From: an uncultured Acidobacteriota bacterium
GTDB lineage: Bacteria; Acidobacteriota; UBA6911
DNA length: 64,000 nucleotides
Assembly: GCA_963843575.1 (NCBI GenBank)
Contig: CAWJKZ010000010.1
Span: forward strand, 32,001 to 96,000
Reading direction: 5' to 3'
The notes beneath the pieces were generated by a model. It was not told the origin of the DNA and made no database searches. It saw nothing but the letters and a program-made list of their open reading frames with translations. Every line of letters starts with the position of its first letter. The first letter of the stretch is position 1. The position numbers were made by a program, and so were the translations under genes. Below, piece after piece: positions 61,257 through 64,000 of this stretch.

Positions 61257-64000
61257 TCAGCGTGCGGCCTTCTCTAGCCTGGACCAGGCTTGTTGCAGCG
61301 CTTCCCCGTCGGCGGCGGCGCGAGCCTTGAAGGAGTGGAACGGAGCGCTGTCGGAGGCGAAACGCAGTTCGACGGTGCGTCCCTGGACTTTGAGCTTAAG
61401 CCTGGGAAACGGCACGTTAAACCCGTGCGATCCCGACGCGGGCTCGTAACGCACTTCGAGGCCGCTCACCAGTAGTGCCCCGCTGCAGCTCCCGCGCAAG
61501 AGGCCGTGGGAGTGCTCGACGGCGAGGCGGTACACCTGCTCACGCGCCCTTCGGCTGGCCAGCGCCGCCGCGTCGGAGCCGGACGCCGGACGCAGGGCGC
61601 GGGCGTCATAGACAAACACCGCCTTCTCGCCGTCCGAGAAATCGTGGATCAGGCTCAGGGCAGCGCCCGTCGTGGTTTTCACCGAGACGGAGTGTTCCCC
61701 GATGGACACGGGGGCCGCGTCGATCTCCCCGGCGCTTCCGATGGGGAACCCGTCAAACAGGACCACGCCGGGCTCCGCCAGGCGGTGCACGGACAGGAAG
61801 GCGCGGGCCGCGGTCTTCCTGGCCTCCAGCACCCGGCGCTGCGCCGCCAGCGCGGGATCGGAAGGGTTAAGCGACTCGAGCCGGGCGAGAGCCACGGTGG
61901 CGTCGGGATATCGCCTGTCGGCGATGGCGGGCTCCACGACTGCGATCAGCTGTTGGCACTCGGCAGCCCGGGTGCGCACGGACTCCGCCTGGGTGCTGCC
62001 CGGGTTTGCCGTCAACCACTCGTTCACCGCACGCTGGACCTCGGCGTACTTGCCAGCGCGGAAGAGGTCGCCCGTGCGGCGCGTCCAGGCCTCCTCGACC
62101 GAGGCCAATCTGGCTGCTTCCGCCTGCTCGGTCTTCTTGCGCTCGGATTCCCGGGAAAGCTCCGCGTTTTTGGCGTCCCAGCTGCGCCGGAGGCTGGTCA
62201 GGGCAGGGTGATCGGGGTTTGAGGCCGCGATCCTATTGATCTCCACGCGGGCCTTGCGCAGCTGACCGGCCGTTATCAAAGTGGTGGCGGCGGTAATCTG
62301 CTTTCCAAGCGCTTCGGCGTCTCCCTGGCGCGCGGATTCCGTGGCCTCCAGCCGGTCGCGGAGCGCTCTGGCCGTTGCGTACTCGGGCTCCAGTTCGAGA
62401 GCGCGGTTCAGGAACAGCCGTGCTTCGGCCGATCTCCCCTGCACCGCCATCGTCTCGGCCTGCCGCACCAGCAGATCGGCGGTGGCGGCGGGATTGTCGG
62501 AGTCCGCAACCGCGGCAGGGACGGGGGCAGGCGGTGCGACAGGGGCGCCGCCGAGGTGGCCCGGAGACGACGCATCCAGCCCCGACATGGCCCGCGCCAC
62601 GAATCCGGAGCGCAATACCCAGACCGAGGCGGCGGCGAGCGCCAGGAAGGCGAGCACGGCAGCCCAGACGGCGGGCCGGGCGAACCAGGAATGCCGCGAA
62701 AGCACCGGTCCGTGGAGCTCGGCCTGGATCTCCCTCTCCACGGGGACACGCGTTTCGCCCGGGAGGCGCCCGTCCGCGACTGCAGGTTGAGGTCGCGGCG
62801 TTCCGTCGCCTGGCACGGAGGACTCCAGGAACGCCAGTTCCTGGAGGTCAAGGGACAGGGGAGCACCCGGTTCGAGCTCCGGCCCGGTATTCGTGTTCGG
62901 CGGAACGGAGGCCCGCATGACAGGCTGATCGATGGCCTGCGGCGGCAACAGGGGGGCAGCCTCGGCCCCCCCCCTGTCGTCGAGCCGGCCTGCCAGGGAA
63001 GGGCCGGCCTTTTCGGAGGGGGCCTCGCGCCGCTCCGGGGCTGTTGATTCTGGTGGGGGCTTCGTCCCGCGGCGTCGCCCCAAAATCGAGTAGATGACGG
63101 CGTTCTGGGCGGCCAGCCTGGACATGAGACCGTCGAGCGTCGCGTAGTCCCTCCCCTGCTCCCCCGCCACGACCTTCTGAATCTCCCCGAGCAGCACCGA
63201 CAATTCGCCGGGGGCCTCGCGACGGCCGGCAGCCCTCCTCAGACGGGGCACCGCGACCTGCAGTTCGACGAGCATTGCGTGGCACTCGCGGGCGATGTCG
63301 TCCAGCAGATCGACGCATTCCGCGGCAACCTCGTCCATGCGCTGGAATCTCTCGTCAGGTTCCTTGGCGAGGCACTTCTCGACGATGTGGCCCAGGCCCG
63401 GAGGTGCATCCTCGAAGGGCTCAAACCCGGGCAGGCACTCCTCCGAGAGGATGTTGTCGAGCACCCGGTTGCTGTTGCCGTCCTGGAACGGGTGTGTACC
63501 GGTGAGGAGCTCGTAGAAGATCATGCCCGCGACGAAGATCTCGGACCGGGTGTCGTAGTGTTTCTCGCCGATTTGCTCCGGGGCCAGGTACAGGGGAGTA
63601 CCCCAGCGCAGGGCCGGGCGCGTGAGTGCCCGGGCCAAAACCTGCGACAGGCTGAGGTCGACGATCTTGATAGTCCCGTCGGGGCATACGAAGATGTCCT
63701 CCGGCCTCAGGTCCCTGTGCAGGATGCCGTTGTCGTGCGCATGGCCGAGTCCCGCCGCCAATTGCTGCATCAGGGCGATCCTCTTCTCCACGGGAAGCGA
63801 CGCATCCGCGGCGACGCGCCGGAGGTTCTCCCCTTCGACAAACTCGGTCGCAACGAAGGTCGAGCCGGCCTCCTCGCCGAATTCGTACAACTGCGCGATG
63901 TTGGGATGACGCAGACCGGAGAGGGTCTCGCAGACGCGGTGGACTTCGCCCCGGAGTTCCGCATCCCACCGGATGTCGCCGCTCAGGATCCGCAGGGCCA
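61257..64000 (-). CDS. Hanks-type Ser/Thr kinase-like membrane protein with extracellular TPR-like region (5' end off window); probable pseudokinase
   Basis: LRHPNI, EFVEG, HRDLRPEDI, GTPLYLAPEQ, YELLTG.HPF; TM segment, then helical repeats. Confidence 0.88.
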   Translation of the reverse strand, partial: ALRILSGDIRWDAELRGEVHRVCETLSGLRHPNIAQLYEFGEEAGSTFVATEFVEGENLRRVAADASLPVEKRIALMQQLAAGLGHAHDNGILHRDLRPEDIFVCPDGTIKIVDLSLSQVLARALTRPALRWGTPLYLAPEQIGEKHYDTRSEIFVAGMIFYELLTGTHPFQDGNSNRVLDNILSEECLPGFEPFEDAPPGLGHIVEKCLAKEPDERFQRMDEVAAECVDLLDDIARECHAMLVELQVAVPRLRRAAGRREAPGELSVLLGEIQKVVAGEQGRDYATLDGLMSRLAAQNAVIYSILGRRRGTKPPPESTAPERREAPSEKAGPSLAGRLDDRGGAEAAPLLPPQAIDQPVMRASVPPNTNTGPELEPGAPLSLDLQELAFLESSVPGDGTPRPQPAVADGRLPGETRVPVEREIQAELHGPVLSRHSWFARPAVWAAVLAFLALAAASVWVLRSGFVARAMSGLDASSPGHLGGAPVAPPAPVPAAVADSDNPAATADLLVRQAETMAVQGRSAEARLFLNRALELEPEYATARALRDRLEATESARQGDAEALGKQITAATTLITAGQLRKARVEINRIAASNPDHPALTSLRRSWDAKNAELSRESERKKTEQAEAARLASVEEAWTRRTGDLFRAGKYAEVQRAVNEWLTANPGSTQAESVRTRAAECQQLIAVVEPAIADRRYPDATVALARLESLNPSDPALAAQRRVLEARKTAARAFLSVHRLAEPGVVLFDGFPIGSAGEIDAAPVSIGEHSVSVKTTTGAALSLIHDFSDGEKAVFVYDARALRPASGSDAAALASRRAREQVYRLAVEHSHGLLRGSCSGALLVSGLEVRYEPASGSHGFNVPFPRLKLKVQGRTVELRFASDSAPFHSFKARAAADGEALQQAWSRLEKAAR

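Overview
This is a GC-rich bacterial chromosomal segment. Gene content suggests a diderm, Acidobacteria-like organism (inference from LptD, BshC and many Tat substrates). It is mostly housekeeping and metabolic: groEL (partial), archease-rtcB, lptD, folK, a deoxynucleoside kinase, a panC-like gene, dacB, moaDE, recR, dnaX, SRP RNA, an RND pump, NFACT/RqcH, two M14 peptidases, pgi, coaX, manC, argG, bshC, a PIG-L deacetylase, an SSS transporter, an ara cluster, a class A PBP-like gene and a kinase-like gene. About ten genes carry single-base frameshifts typical of long-read consensus error. The strongest novel signal is RtcB: an in-frame TGA sits exactly at its metal-binding active-site Cys (GYDIN*GVRL) and is followed by a SECIS-like hairpin with a GGUCU loop, which makes it a candidate selenocysteine RNA ligase paired with archease. 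Other findings are an orphan long CorA resembling type III CRISPR membrane effectors, an active/inactive M14 peptidase pair, a pseudokinase, a MITE and a REP family sitting against stop codons. No CRISPR array, tRNA, rRNA or transposase was seen.
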